Below are positions 10,101-20,029 of a DNA stretch of 64,000 nucleotides, in pieces. The notes beneath the pieces are model-generated. The model searched no databases, had not been told where the DNA came from, and saw only the letters and a program-made list of their open reading frames with translations. The position numbers were made by a program, and so were the translations under genes. Where the stretch lies: assembly GCA_963674735.2 (NCBI GenBank), contig CAXXQS010000002.1:896001-960000 (forward strand), given 5' to 3'. The stretch is from Myxococcota bacterium (GTDB lineage Bacteria > Myxococcota_A > SURF-8). The number at the start of each line of letters is the position of its first letter. The first letter of the stretch is position 1.

Positions 10101-11195
10101 TCAGGCCTCCTCGGGACGCAGCGCCCGGCCATTCAACGGGTCGAACAAATGGATCGCGTCGCGTTCCACCTGAAAAACCACCCGTTTCCCGGCAGCCAGG
10201 CCTTTGGCGTTGCGCGCTTCCACCTGCGCGACCAAGGTCTCACCCCCCACCTCGCCATGCAGCAGCACATCGAAGCCCAAGGGTTCCACCACCGACAGAT
10301 TGCCGATCACGGCCCCCGCCCCGTTGCCGGTCGGACGCAAGTCGTGGGGCCGCACGCCTACCAGCACCCGCGATGGGATATCCAGGGCGGCATAGCTTTC
10401 GGGCAAGGCCAGTTCGAAACCCGGACCGCTGACACCGGGGACCGGGTCGGCCCGAAATTCGCCGTCGAAAAAATTCATCCGTGGCGACCCGATAAACGAC
10501 GCCACAAACCGATTGGCCGGACGATTGTATAGATCGTCGGGGGAGCCGACCTGTTGCAGCACGCCACCCTCCAAGACCGCGATCCGGTCGGCCAAGGTCA
10601 TGGCCTCCACCTGGTCGTGGGTGACGTAAACCATGGTCGCCCCGAGTTCCGCGTGCAGCTTCTTGAGTTCCACTCGCATCTGCGCCCGTAAAGCGGCGTC
10701 CAGATTGGACAACGGCTCGTCGAACAAAAAGACTTTCGGGCTGCGCACGATGGCGCGTCCCATGGCCACCCGCTGGCGCTGGCCACCTGAAAGCTGCTTG
10801 GGCAGCCGCGCCAAAAGCTCGCTCAGTCCGAGTTTCTGCGCCGCCGCATCCACCCGCGTGCGAATCTCCGCTTTCTTCACACCGGCCACGGACAGCGAAA
10901 AGCCCATATTGGCACGCACCGTCATGTGCGGATAAAGCGCATAGCTCTGAAACACCATGGCGCAATCGCGGTCTTTGGGCCGCAGCTTGTTGACCCGCCG
11001 CCCGTCGATGTACAGATCTCCTTCGGTGACCTCCTCCAAACCGGCGATGCAACGCAGAAGCGTGGATTTCCCGCAGCCGGAGGGACCGACCAGCACCATG
11101 AACTCACCATCGGCGATGTCGAGATCGATCCCTTTCAGGATATGGACTTTCCCGTCATACCACTTGTTGACGCCCGCCAGCCGCAATTCCGCCAT
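10101..11195 (-). CDS. malK: Sugar ABC transporter ATP-binding protein
   Basis: Walker A GPSGCGKS, VFQSYALYPH, LSGGQRQR, DEPLSNLD, C-terminal TOBE domain. Confidence 0.95.
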   Translation of the reverse strand: MAELRLAGVNKWYDGKVHILKGIDLDIADGEFMVLVGPSGCGKSTLLRCIAGLEEVTEGDLYIDGRRVNKLRPKDRDCAMVFQSYALYPHMTVRANMGFSLSVAGVKKAEIRTRVDAAAQKLGLSELLARLPKQLSGGQRQRVAMGRAIVRSPKVFLFDEPLSNLDAALRAQMRVELKKLHAELGATMVYVTHDQVEAMTLADRIAVLEGGVLQQVGSPDDLYNRPANRFVASFIGSPRMNFFDGEFRADPVPGVSGPGFELALPESYAALDIPSRVLVGVRPHDLRPTGNGAGAVIGNLSVVEPLGFDVLLHGEVGGETLVAQVEARNAKGLAAGKRVVFQVERDAIHLFDPLNGRALRPEEA

Positions 11196-11198
11196 CGC

Positions 11199-13088
11199 CT
11201 ACCTCGCCACGAAAACTTTACCGCCGCGCGCAGGCACGACGATATTGACCGTTTGATTGCCGCTAACGACCGCTTCGTCATTGGGATCGGCATCCTCGAA
11301 AACATTGACCAACCGCGTTCCGGCAGGGAAGCCGACCGTCATCTCGCCCCCGCCCGTATCTGTCGCGCTGGTGCGCGCGGCATGTGAGCCATGCGCATTG
11401 ATCACCACCAGTATCCGCTCCCCCTTGTATTCGCGCTCGAAAGCGTAGATCCCGGCGTCCTGTTCGTCCGCAACGTGATCCGTGCTCCAGCGAATCGTGA
11501 AGTCGCCACGACGCAAGGGTGCGTAATCGCGGCGCAGGGCGGTCAGCTTCTGCACATGGCGGAAGGTCGGCCCGTCGGTGGCGTAGCCGCTTTTCCACAT
11601 ATCCTCGCGGTTGGCCGGATCGTTGCCTCCGTCGAATTCCTGTTCGGTGCCGTAGTAGAGGCACGGCAAACCGTCGATGGTGAACTGGTAGAACAAGGCC
11701 GCGTGCAGGGCGTCGATGTCCTCGAAATCGTAAAGAAAACGCGGCAGGTCGTGATTGTCGAGAAAGTTGACCAGAAGCTGGGTGGGAACCAGGCTCGCGC
11801 CATCCGCCCCGACCGGGCCGTTCGGTTTGGAAGTCCGGCTGTAATTCGCCAAGCGCTGTTGGTACAGATCCTCCAGCCCGCTGGTCGGACCGTTGTACTT
11901 GAACACGCCGTCGATGGCGAATTTCTGGGAGAAATAGAACAAGCTGTCCAGTTCATCGTCATGCGTGTAACTGCCCAGAAGCGGATCGTAACCATCGAAG
12001 ACTTCGCCGAACATGAAGAAGTTTTCTTTGCCGAGGCTATGGGCGAACTGGCGAATCTGCGGGCAGAAATACTGGAAGAATTCGTGCTCCACATGCTTGA
12101 CCGTGTCGATGCGGAAACCGTCGAAATCCGCCTTTTCGATCCAGTCGGCGAAGACTTTGAAGAGTGCCTGACGCACCTCGGGCAGGGTGGTATCGAGGTC
12201 TTTGAGCCCGCCGGGAAAATCGCCGCGCGTTTCCTGCAAGGTGACATACGCCTCGCAGGCGGGCAAGTCGCGCCACGATCCCGCATTGTCGGCTTCTTCC
12301 CGAGTAATGACCCCTTCGGTCAGGCAGGCATCTTTTTCGCGTCCCCAAACCGTGACACGCCCCATGCGGTTGTACCAGTCCGGATTTTGAAATTCCTCCG
12401 GCATGGGCGGAGTACGAGAAATTTCGGGCATATACACCCAACGGATGGGCGCGGAACCGGATTCTCCCATGGAGGTGAAGGCCTGAACGCCACGCGAATC
12501 GAAATCGGGGTCCCATTCCGTCGCACGCGACAGGGGCGAGCTCGTGGCGGAACCGGTGAGCCATTCATCCGGCTGGCCGTTACGGTTGATGTCGTAATAG
12601 AAGAGCTGGCCGATGTGGTTGACCACCACGTCGAGAATCACCTTGATGGGTGGATTGCGCGCGTGACAGGCATTGACGAATTCCCGCAGTTTGGCCAAAT
12701 CGCCGAAATGGGGATTCACACTCGTGAAGTCCTGCGCCCAATAGCCGTGATAGCTGGCAAACCCGGCGTCCTCTTCCACGTTTTTAACCACCGGCGAAAT
12801 CCACAAGGCCGTCACACCCAGCTCTTCGAAGTAATCGAGTCGATCGATCAGGCCCTGCCAATCACCGCCGTGATAGGCCGCCTCGGAAACCGGATCGACG
12901 TTGAAGTCGTTGGAGCGGTCGCCGTTGGCGAAGCGATCCACCATCACCTGGTAGATGATTTCGTCGCGCCAGTCTTCCACATGGCTGCCGACTTCGAAGT
13001 CTTCATCCACTGCCGCGCCGTCCACGCAACCCAAGATAAACGCCAGTATCATCAAAATCGGAAGGATTCCCGCTTGTTTCATCATCAT
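11199..13088 (-). CDS. GH13 alpha-amylase family lipoprotein
   Basis: Lipobox ILGC; IYQVMVDRF, YHGYW, DVVVNH, DGFRIDTVKH, GEV, FLDNHD, YYGTEQ. Confidence 0.93.
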   Translation of the reverse strand: MMMKQAGILPILMILAFILGCVDGAAVDEDFEVGSHVEDWRDEIIYQVMVDRFANGDRSNDFNVDPVSEAAYHGGDWQGLIDRLDYFEELGVTALWISPVVKNVEEDAGFASYHGYWAQDFTSVNPHFGDLAKLREFVNACHARNPPIKVILDVVVNHIGQLFYYDINRNGQPDEWLTGSATSSPLSRATEWDPDFDSRGVQAFTSMGESGSAPIRWVYMPEISRTPPMPEEFQNPDWYNRMGRVTVWGREKDACLTEGVITREEADNAGSWRDLPACEAYVTLQETRGDFPGGLKDLDTTLPEVRQALFKVFADWIEKADFDGFRIDTVKHVEHEFFQYFCPQIRQFAHSLGKENFFMFGEVFDGYDPLLGSYTHDDELDSLFYFSQKFAIDGVFKYNGPTSGLEDLYQQRLANYSRTSKPNGPVGADGASLVPTQLLVNFLDNHDLPRFLYDFEDIDALHAALFYQFTIDGLPCLYYGTEQEFDGGNDPANREDMWKSGYATDGPTFRHVQKLTALRRDYAPLRRGDFTIRWSTDHVADEQDAGIYAFEREYKGERILVVINAHGSHAARTSATDTGGGEMTVGFPAGTRLVNVFEDADPNDEAVVSGNQTVNIVVPARGGKVFVAR

Positions 13089-13098
13089 CGCCCTCCCG

Positions 13099-14610
13099 TT
13101 ACCGGTAACTGCTGTTGAACCACCACTCCACCTGGGCCCCGAAATAATGCTGCCAGGCACTATCGCGCCGTCGGTCTTCCAGCGGGAAGACATCGCGGGC
13201 TCCCTTGTTGAGATGGCTTAGCGTGTAAACCAACCGGAACTGCGGCCGCTCGTAGGTACCCCGATCCCAGCTCAGAACCTCCATGACCGAAAGCTGCCAA
13301 ACCTGCGGAACAAGACGCGTTTCTTCGATCACGCTCAGGCCTTCGGGCCGTCGCCACTGGTAGCTGAATTCGAAGCCCTGGTGAAAGTGGTCGGTGATGA
13401 AGATGTGTGGACGCGCCGCCAGCGCTCCCTCCCAGAAGTCGTCCAGATCGACTTCGTTGGGATCGGCGTCCTTGAACTTACGCACATAACCCGCCCCCAT
13501 CACACCCACCCAGCGGCTTTCCCAGTTAAGCGAGAAACCGGCGACCAACTCCTGTGCGCCGTCGGTGGTGTCGTTATTGTTCAAGCCCCAGGGAACACCC
13601 CACTCGCCATAAGCGGCCAGACGTTCGGCGTAGCGTAGAAAGAGGTTGAAATGCCCATGCGGCGCGAAATCCCATAACCCCAGTTGGGCTCCCACCACCC
13701 AACCGAGATCGGATGGCAGATCTTCTTTCGTTTGGGTTTCGCTGTTGGTGAAACCGCCGGACGGAAGGTGATGGAATTCGCCGTAAAGACTCACCTTCAT
13801 GGACAGATGGTCGGTCACGTCGAACAGGTGATAGGTTCCCTTGAGCGAGGTGATGAAACGCTGCCGATCGAGACCGACCACCGATTCGGCTCCCACCCCA
13901 CGTCCCGGCACCTCCAACTCCTGGAACTGAAAATCGTCGGTCAGACGGTTGACGCCCGCCTGCCACTTGATTTCCAATGCCTTGTAAAAGACGCCAACAC
14001 CGCCACCAACCGTATTGAGGTTGTCGAGCGGCCAGTAATCGAACAGGTAGATGTCGTCGCCGCGATACATGCGCGAACCCAACCATAGTTTGACGTATGG
14101 CAGAAAGCCCTCCGCCTCGGCATAAAGATTGCGCAGGCCCATACGTTGATCGACATCGCCGGTGAAATGGAAGAAGTCCTCGAACAAGGCCAGGGTGATC
14201 TGCATACGGACGGCGAAATCGTCCTTCGGATGCTCCATGCGATAGCCGAAATCCAGTTCGGCATAGGGGCCTTCCAAGATGCGCGGACCGTGACCGGCCA
14301 CGTTGATATCCTGGGCCGGATGCCCTTTCAGGTCTCCCGCCGCCTGAATACGGCCATAGGAACCGAAGGTGAAGGCGTGTTCGATGGACGTGCTTTCCAC
14401 CGGCGCAGCGGCCGCCGTTTCCGCCGCTTCCGCCGTTTCCGCAACGGGCGACGCTTCTTCACCAACGGCCGGAGCGTCTTGTGCAAACAGCCCAGATGGC
14501 CACGCCAAAAGCAAAGCCAGCATCCAGGCAGGAAACACAACTCGCCACCAGCCGGATGCTCCGCTCCACCTCGCATTGGGTCTGCTCGACACCTTATTCA
14601 TCCGCGGCAT
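13099..14610 (-). CDS. lamB: Carbohydrate porin (maltoporin/LamB-like)
   Basis: Signal peptide, FGSYGR, LWLGSRMYRGDDIYLFDYW, C-terminal GAQVEWWF beta-signal; mal context. Confidence 0.8.
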   Translation of the reverse strand: MPRMNKVSSRPNARWSGASGWWRVVFPAWMLALLLAWPSGLFAQDAPAVGEEASPVAETAEAAETAAAAPVESTSIEHAFTFGSYGRIQAAGDLKGHPAQDINVAGHGPRILEGPYAELDFGYRMEHPKDDFAVRMQITLALFEDFFHFTGDVDQRMGLRNLYAEAEGFLPYVKLWLGSRMYRGDDIYLFDYWPLDNLNTVGGGVGVFYKALEIKWQAGVNRLTDDFQFQELEVPGRGVGAESVVGLDRQRFITSLKGTYHLFDVTDHLSMKVSLYGEFHHLPSGGFTNSETQTKEDLPSDLGWVVGAQLGLWDFAPHGHFNLFLRYAERLAAYGEWGVPWGLNNNDTTDGAQELVAGFSLNWESRWVGVMGAGYVRKFKDADPNEVDLDDFWEGALAARPHIFITDHFHQGFEFSYQWRRPEGLSVIEETRLVPQVWQLSVMEVLSWDRGTYERPQFRLVYTLSHLNKGARDVFPLEDRRRDSAWQHYFGAQVEWWFNSSYR

Positions 14611-16510
14611 GAATTTTCACCTCCTGCACGAACGTCGCCGCTCCGCAATAGATCGTCACCGTATCGACTCCGCCCGTTTCCGGGGCGAGGTAGACGAACG
14701 TCGCCTTGCCGTTTTCATCGGTCGAAACCGAGTCGACCACCACACGACCGTCTCGCGCCCAGGCCGCCACCGGATAATCGGTCAAGGTTTGCCCTTCGGC
14801 ATCGAAGACCGTAACCGGCATTTCCCAAATACCCCAGGCTTCGATCGTGGGGGTTATTCCGTCTCCCGTCCCCACCCGCAAACTGGCCGGACAAGCCTCT
14901 TTGGTAATGGCCAGAGGTGTCTCCCAACCGATCGCACAGCGATGGGCGGGCAGGAACGGCCGCAGGCCTTCCACATCCCGATAAAGGGCCGGGTCCGGCC
15001 CCTGCGCCTCGCCCAAAGCAGCGTGCAAAGCCGCAGCCGAAAGCGGATCGTCGGCCAGCACCGACGCCACATTCACCGGCTCCAACTCGGACCACAGCAA
15101 GGGCCGTTCGCTGCCGGAGCCCCAAGCCACGTCGATCGCATCGAGCGTCAGGTTGGCGACCAGGGCGTGGGCGGTTGCCGTCCAGGTTTCACCATCCAAG
15201 GTAAACCAGCCTTCAAAGCGGTCGAAGCCGAGAAACGGATCCACCCCATCGGAGGTTTCGGCCCGCCAGTCGGTTTCTCCGTTGAGCCCGGATTGGGCTT
15301 CGAAGACCAGTCCGTCCACTTCGGGAGACTGCTCGCCAAGCGCCCAGTTCGACAAAACGCTAAACAGGTCCACCACCTGCACCCGTGTTCGACCGTTCAC
15401 CAGATTGATCCGGTCCGCCCACTGCGCCAGACGGTTGTTCAGTCGTATCGCCTCATAACGCCATCGGTCGGAATGAGCGCGTCCCGGCCACAGGTTGGGC
15501 GGTGGCGCGTTCAGTAAAAGCAAGAGCGGTTCCGGTTCCAGATCGGTTACAAACTCGAAAAAAGCGCTCAGCGTCGCATCCAATTCATCATCGCTAAAAG
15601 AGCGTTCATCGGGACGCAGACCGCTGACGGTATTGACCGCCTCCCAGGTGACCAGCAGGAGGTCCGGTGGCGCGGCATTGAGCGTATCGGCGACCCGCCC
15701 CGGCTCGTAAACACCCGCCGGATCGCGCAACGCCCTCTCGATGAAAGTCGCCTTTTCGCTTGGGCGCGTGGTTTCGAACAAGGCTTCGGCACGGGCATCG
15801 AAGGGCAGCGCCAAGTTGGCGGGTTTGAGTTCCGGATCCAGCCGCAACGCCTCCAGGGTGTCCGTTTCCGCCATCAGGGCGTTCAGCCGCACCGCAACCA
15901 ATTCCTCATCCACATCCCCGCTATCCGGATCGAGATCGTCGATCCCGAAACGTCCGGGCAAACCCTCTTCCGCAATCAACGACCAGGGACAATCGGCCCC
16001 CAGTCGGCGGGCGACCAGCGCTCCCACACTTTGGAGTTGTTGGGTATAGCTCAAACCATCATTCATCACTCCCGCCGCAATCGACGCTCCGAGCACGCCC
16101 AAGTGCGCCCATTCCGAGGCCGAAGCCGGAGAAAACTGAAAGGTGTCGCTGAAAGACAGGCTGTCGGTCGCACCGCTTATCGTGACAATCGTCGCACCCG
16201 GCTCGGCGCTTCCCTGCGCCAGACACGTCACTAGGCCGGATTCATCCCATTGCGGAAGCAGACAGGTCCGCGAGCCGAAACGCAGCTGCGGCTCATCGGC
16301 AGCTAGGCTTTCGGGTATACCCGCGATACGAATCCAACGATGACCGAACTGGGAGACGGTAGCGGGCAGAAATTCCGCCGTGACAACAGGAGGTTCGGGG
16401 GTTTCACTTGCGGGAGCATCATAGCCGTTCCCCCCGCAGGCACATAGAAGCGCCGCCAGCCAGAAAAACGCAATCCCCCGCAGGTTTCGATTGTCGATTC
16501 CCCGTTGCAT
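14594..16510 (-). CDS. Lipoprotein with IPT/TIG-like domain, SGNH/GDSL-like hydrolase and C-terminal Big_1-like domain
   Basis: Lipobox LCAC; block-I-like LGVLGASIAAG; late LDG...TAHALVAN; C-terminal VTVFDAEG...TDENGKATF. Confidence 0.6.
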   Translation of the reverse strand: MQRGIDNRNLRGIAFFWLAALLCACGGNGYDAPASETPEPPVVTAEFLPATVSQFGHRWIRIAGIPESLAADEPQLRFGSRTCLLPQWDESGLVTCLAQGSAEPGATIVTISGATDSLSFSDTFQFSPASASEWAHLGVLGASIAAGVMNDGLSYTQQLQSVGALVARRLGADCPWSLIAEEGLPGRFGIDDLDPDSGDVDEELVAVRLNALMAETDTLEALRLDPELKPANLALPFDARAEALFETTRPSEKATFIERALRDPAGVYEPGRVADTLNAAPPDLLLVTWEAVNTVSGLRPDERSFSDDELDATLSAFFEFVTDLEPEPLLLLLNAPPPNLWPGRAHSDRWRYEAIRLNNRLAQWADRINLVNGRTRVQVVDLFSVLSNWALGEQSPEVDGLVFEAQSGLNGETDWRAETSDGVDPFLGFDRFEGWFTLDGETWTATAHALVANLTLDAIDVAWGSGSERPLLWSELEPVNVASVLADDPLSAAALHAALGEAQGPDPALYRDVEGLRPFLPAHRCAIGWETPLAITKEACPASLRVGTGDGITPTIEAWGIWEMPVTVFDAEGQTLTDYPVAAWARDGRVVVDSVSTDENGKATFVYLAPETGGVDTVTIYCGAATFVQEVKIHAADE

Positions 16511-16567
16511 GATTCATGAATCCTTGTTTGCAGCCTTGCTGCCCGGCCAGCCGGGATGAACCGCTAA

Positions 16568-16596
16568 AGCCTAACAAAACCGCAAAGTTTGTGCAA
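16568..16596 (-). promoter_or_regulatory. Putative sigma70 promoter of the mal operon
   Basis: Minus strand TTGCAC-N17-TAGGCT upstream of 16510. Confidence 0.5.
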
Positions 16597-16612
16597 GGGA
16601 AGGCTGAGTGAG

Positions 16613-17590
16613 TCAGGCGTTTTCTATCCGTGCCTTGACCTCGTCGAGGGCCGCTTTGATCACCGGTTCATTGGGGGCGAGGCTGAGCGCCAGGGTGAGG
16701 TTCATTTTGGCGGCCGACAGGTTGCCGTCATTGAGCGAATTCTGAGCCAATGAAAAGAACTTGCGTGCCTGCGGATTCACGATTTCGGTTTCCTTGGCGC
16801 GCGGGCCATCGACCGTCTTGTCGGTACGGATATAGCGCTTGGCTCCCTGCGATTCGCGCAAGCGGTCGTAAGCGGCGCGGTCGTCGGAGTCGCCCAGCAC
16901 TTTGTAGGCCTCGCACATGCGTTTGAACACCGCCCCGATTTCCTGCTTCAGTGTTTCATCGGGTTCCATGGCGAAACGGTCGGGATGGATGAAACGCGCA
17001 AAACGAAAATAAGCTTTTCGAATGATCCCCAAAGCCGCCGAAGGAGAAACACCCAGCAGCGTGTAATAATCCAGATCGTCGAGTTCGGGATACAAACGAC
17101 GAGCGGTTTCGAGCGGATCGCCCGTTTGTATGGCAGGCGGCTCCTGTGCCGGTTCGGGCGCGACAGCCGGGGAGGACGTCGATTGGGCGGAAGCCTTTTC
17201 CGATGCGGCGGCCTTTCGCGCTTGGGCCAGTTCCGCCAGCAGATCGCGCACTTTCAGCTTGAGCATTCGCTCGTCCAGGGGAAGGCCGAGCAGATCGTCC
17301 CCCCCCATTTGGCGGGCGGTATCGCGCCCCAGCACCTCGGCATTCAATTCCGCCCCCACCAGAAGGATCTTCAAACCGGCGGCATTGGGGCCGCTTTTCA
17401 ACTCACGGGCGAAAGCCAGTCCCTCTGGCAGATCGACGCAGATCACGGCCAGAATCGGCCGAGCCTGCGTGAAGGCCGTACGGGCTTCTTCCACGTGGGC
17501 CGCAAAGCCCATATCGAAGGCACGCCCCAAAGCCTGTTCGTAAACAGCGCGGCGTTCTTGATCGGCATCCAGAATAAGTGCAGGAATCAT
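16613..17590 (-). CDS. Receiver-like domain + DnaJ (J) domain protein with C-terminal TPR-like helix
   Basis: N-terminal CheY-like pattern with degenerate acidic pocket; J domain DYYTLLGV...IHPDRF...F..EAYKVL.D...RAAYD. Confidence 0.85.
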   Translation of the reverse strand: MIPALILDADQERRAVYEQALGRAFDMGFAAHVEEARTAFTQARPILAVICVDLPEGLAFARELKSGPNAAGLKILLVGAELNAEVLGRDTARQMGGDDLLGLPLDERMLKLKVRDLLAELAQARKAAASEKASAQSTSSPAVAPEPAQEPPAIQTGDPLETARRLYPELDDLDYYTLLGVSPSAALGIIRKAYFRFARFIHPDRFAMEPDETLKQEIGAVFKRMCEAYKVLGDSDDRAAYDRLRESQGAKRYIRTDKTVDGPRAKETEIVNPQARKFFSLAQNSLNDGNLSAAKMNLTLALSLAPNEPVIKAALDEVKARIENA

Positions 17591-17599
17591 AAGAGCGGG

Positions 17600-19246
17600 T
17601 TACTCCTCAGGGCGGACCGATTCCTCATTTTCATCAGCATCCACCGGTTCGACATCCAACGCTTCGGGTTCGTCTCCGCGCGGTTCTTCATCGTCTTCAA
17701 GACCCGATTCTTCAGCGGCTCCATAAATATCGATATCGGCCGAGGCCGAATTACCGGTGATGGTATCCACGGCATGCGCCTGTACGATTCCGTTGCTGTC
17801 GATTTCGAAGGTGACTTCGATTTCCGTTTCCCCACGCAACGCTTGCGGATCGAGGTCGGATAAAACCACCACACCCATCAACTCGTTTTCGACCTCGCGC
17901 TCCGATTCACCCTGATAGACGCGCAGCCGAACCACTTCCTGTCCGTCATGGCTGGTGGTGAAAATACGGGTCCGTTCGGCCGGAATGGGGGTATTGCGCG
18001 GGATAATGGTCTCTACGCGTCCACCCACTGTGCCCACGCCCAACGAAAGCGAGGTCACGTCCAGCAGGACGGCTCCGCCGCCGTCCGCTTCGCCGCTGCG
18101 GCCTGTCGCGGAGCCCAGAATGGAACCTTGAATCGCGGCACCCAGTGCCACCACTTCTTCCGGATTGACTCCCCAGAAAGGCTTGCGCGCAAAGTACGAC
18201 TCCACCATGCTGCGCACCAGCGGAATATGGGTGGTACCGCCGACCAGAACGACGTTTTCCGTCTCCGAAACGTGAGTTTTGGCGATTTTCAATGCCTCAT
18301 CACAGATGATAAAGCTGCGCTTGATCACCTCTTGTGCGATTTTATCGAAATTGGGCCGTGACAGAGCCACATTGAGATCCACCACGCCGTTGGCGGTGCT
18401 GATCAACGAAGGAATCTGCACGGTGGCGTTTTCTTCGGTGGATAACTGGCGCTTCGTCTTCTCGGCCTCGTAACGGACACGCAGCAGCGCGATCGGGTCG
18501 CTGCGCAGGTCGATGTTGTAGTGCCGGCGATAGGAATTGACGATCATCTTGACAATCAGGTTGTCGATGTCGTCACCGCCGAGAAAAGCATCACCGGCCG
18601 TCGACACCACCTCGAAGACATCGTCGGAGATATCGAGAACAGTGATATCGAAGGTGCCGCCGCCAAAATCGTAGACGGCGATGCGTTGATCGTAGGAACG
18701 GCCAAAGCCATAAGCCAAGGCGGCGGCGGTAGGCTCGTTGAGCACTTTCAGCACATCCAGCCCGGCAATTTCACCCGCCAGCTTGGTGGCATTGCGCTGA
18801 CCGTCGTTGAAGTTGGCCGGAACGGTCACCACCGCCTTGCGCACCTGCTCGCCCAGATAATCCTCGGCAATCTTTTTCATGTGCTTGATCACCAAGGCGG
18901 CGATATCGCTCATGTTGTAGCGTTGATCGAAAATCTCGATCAGAACCGACGAGTTGGGGCCTTCCACGATGGGATAGGGGGCCAGCTGCTTGGTGGTTTG
19001 CACTTCGGGGGCCGAAAAAGGGCGTCCGATCAGGCGCTTGGAGGAATAGACGGTGTTGCGCGGGTTGTAGACAATCTGCTCGCGCGCCTCGTTGCCGACC
19101 ACCCGCCGACCATCCGGGAAGAACGAAACCACCGAGGCTTGGGTCCGTCGCCCCTCGCGGTCGGGAATGACCATGGCGTGGTCCCCTTCCACAACGGCCA
19201 CACAGGAATTCGATGTTCCGAGATCAATGCCGATCACACGTTCCAT
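17600..19246 (-). CDS. Hsp70/DnaK-family paralogue (short, no helical lid)
   Basis: IGIDLGTSNS, TVPANFND, NEPTAAALAYG, DFGGGTFD, LVGGTT, linker VLLDV, TFEIDSNG; ends in an acidic tail at 548 aa. Confidence 0.92.
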   Translation of the reverse strand: MERVIGIDLGTSNSCVAVVEGDHAMVIPDREGRRTQASVVSFFPDGRRVVGNEAREQIVYNPRNTVYSSKRLIGRPFSAPEVQTTKQLAPYPIVEGPNSSVLIEIFDQRYNMSDIAALVIKHMKKIAEDYLGEQVRKAVVTVPANFNDGQRNATKLAGEIAGLDVLKVLNEPTAAALAYGFGRSYDQRIAVYDFGGGTFDITVLDISDDVFEVVSTAGDAFLGGDDIDNLIVKMIVNSYRRHYNIDLRSDPIALLRVRYEAEKTKRQLSTEENATVQIPSLISTANGVVDLNVALSRPNFDKIAQEVIKRSFIICDEALKIAKTHVSETENVVLVGGTTHIPLVRSMVESYFARKPFWGVNPEEVVALGAAIQGSILGSATGRSGEADGGGAVLLDVTSLSLGVGTVGGRVETIIPRNTPIPAERTRIFTTSHDGQEVVRLRVYQGESEREVENELMGVVVLSDLDPQALRGETEIEVTFEIDSNGIVQAHAVDTITGNSASADIDIYGAAEESGLEDDEEPRGDEPEALDVEPVDADENEESVRPEE

Positions 19247-19284
19247 GCTTCGCTCCCAGCACCCGCGGCCGTACCGCCAGGCGT

Positions 19285-19842
19285 TTAGACTTCCATAATG
19301 TCCTTTTCCTTGACCTCCATCACTTTGTCGATCTTGACCACCGAATCATCGGTGATTTTCTGGATCTGCGTCATGGCGCGATGAAGATCGTCTTCCGTGA
19401 TATCTTTATCTTTTTCGGCTTTTTTGAGTTTCTCGTTGTAGTCGCGGCGGATGTTGCGCACGGCAACTTTGGCTTCTTCAGCCATCTTCTTCACCTGCCG
19501 TGCCAGTTCCTTGCGACGATCTTCGTTCAACGCCGGAATGGGCAAACGGATGACGTTTCCGTCGCTGACGGGATTCAAACCCAAATCGGCGGCGGCAATG
19601 GCTTTTTCCACATCCTGCATGATGTTCTTTTCCCAGGGCTGCACCACGATCAGGCGGGCATCCGGCACACTGATGGTGGCCACCTGGTTGAGCGGGGTCG
19701 GAACATTGTAGTAATCCACGCGTATCGCGTCCAGCAGGGCGGCCGAGGCGCGGCCCGTGCGGACTTTTCCCAGTTCCTTTTTGAAGACCGCCAGGGTTTT
19801 CTCGACCGCTTCTTCCATGTCTAAATAGAGTTCGTCTAACAT
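19285..19842 (-). CDS. frr: Ribosome recycling factor
   Basis: RTGRA, DLGLNP.SDG, P.LNEDRRKEL, VRNIRRD; 185 aa; AAGGAG RBS. Confidence 0.97.
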   Translation of the reverse strand: MLDELYLDMEEAVEKTLAVFKKELGKVRTGRASAALLDAIRVDYYNVPTPLNQVATISVPDARLIVVQPWEKNIMQDVEKAIAAADLGLNPVSDGNVIRLPIPALNEDRRKELARQVKKMAEEAKVAVRNIRRDYNEKLKKAEKDKDITEDDLHRAMTQIQKITDDSVVKIDKVMEVKEKDIMEV

Positions 19843-20029
19843 GGGATTCTCCTTTTCAAATCAGGTTCGCGTTGTATCTCTCAGGTTGAAGGCCGTTTGA
19901 CGCGATGTCAGGCTCTCTTATTTCGCTTGTCGTTCAACGACGCCGATGCTCCTCCCGCCGTTTTAGAAATTGGAGTGTCTATTATAGACTGAAACAGCGC
20001 CAGAGGCGAAGATGTTTTCGCGCAAAGGC

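Noticed and set aside
11391-13118. Long antisense ORFs (here 575 aa; also 56071-57507, 24626-25888, 61901-63040)
   Set aside because: All lie opposite clearly recognisable genes and have shadow-frame composition.
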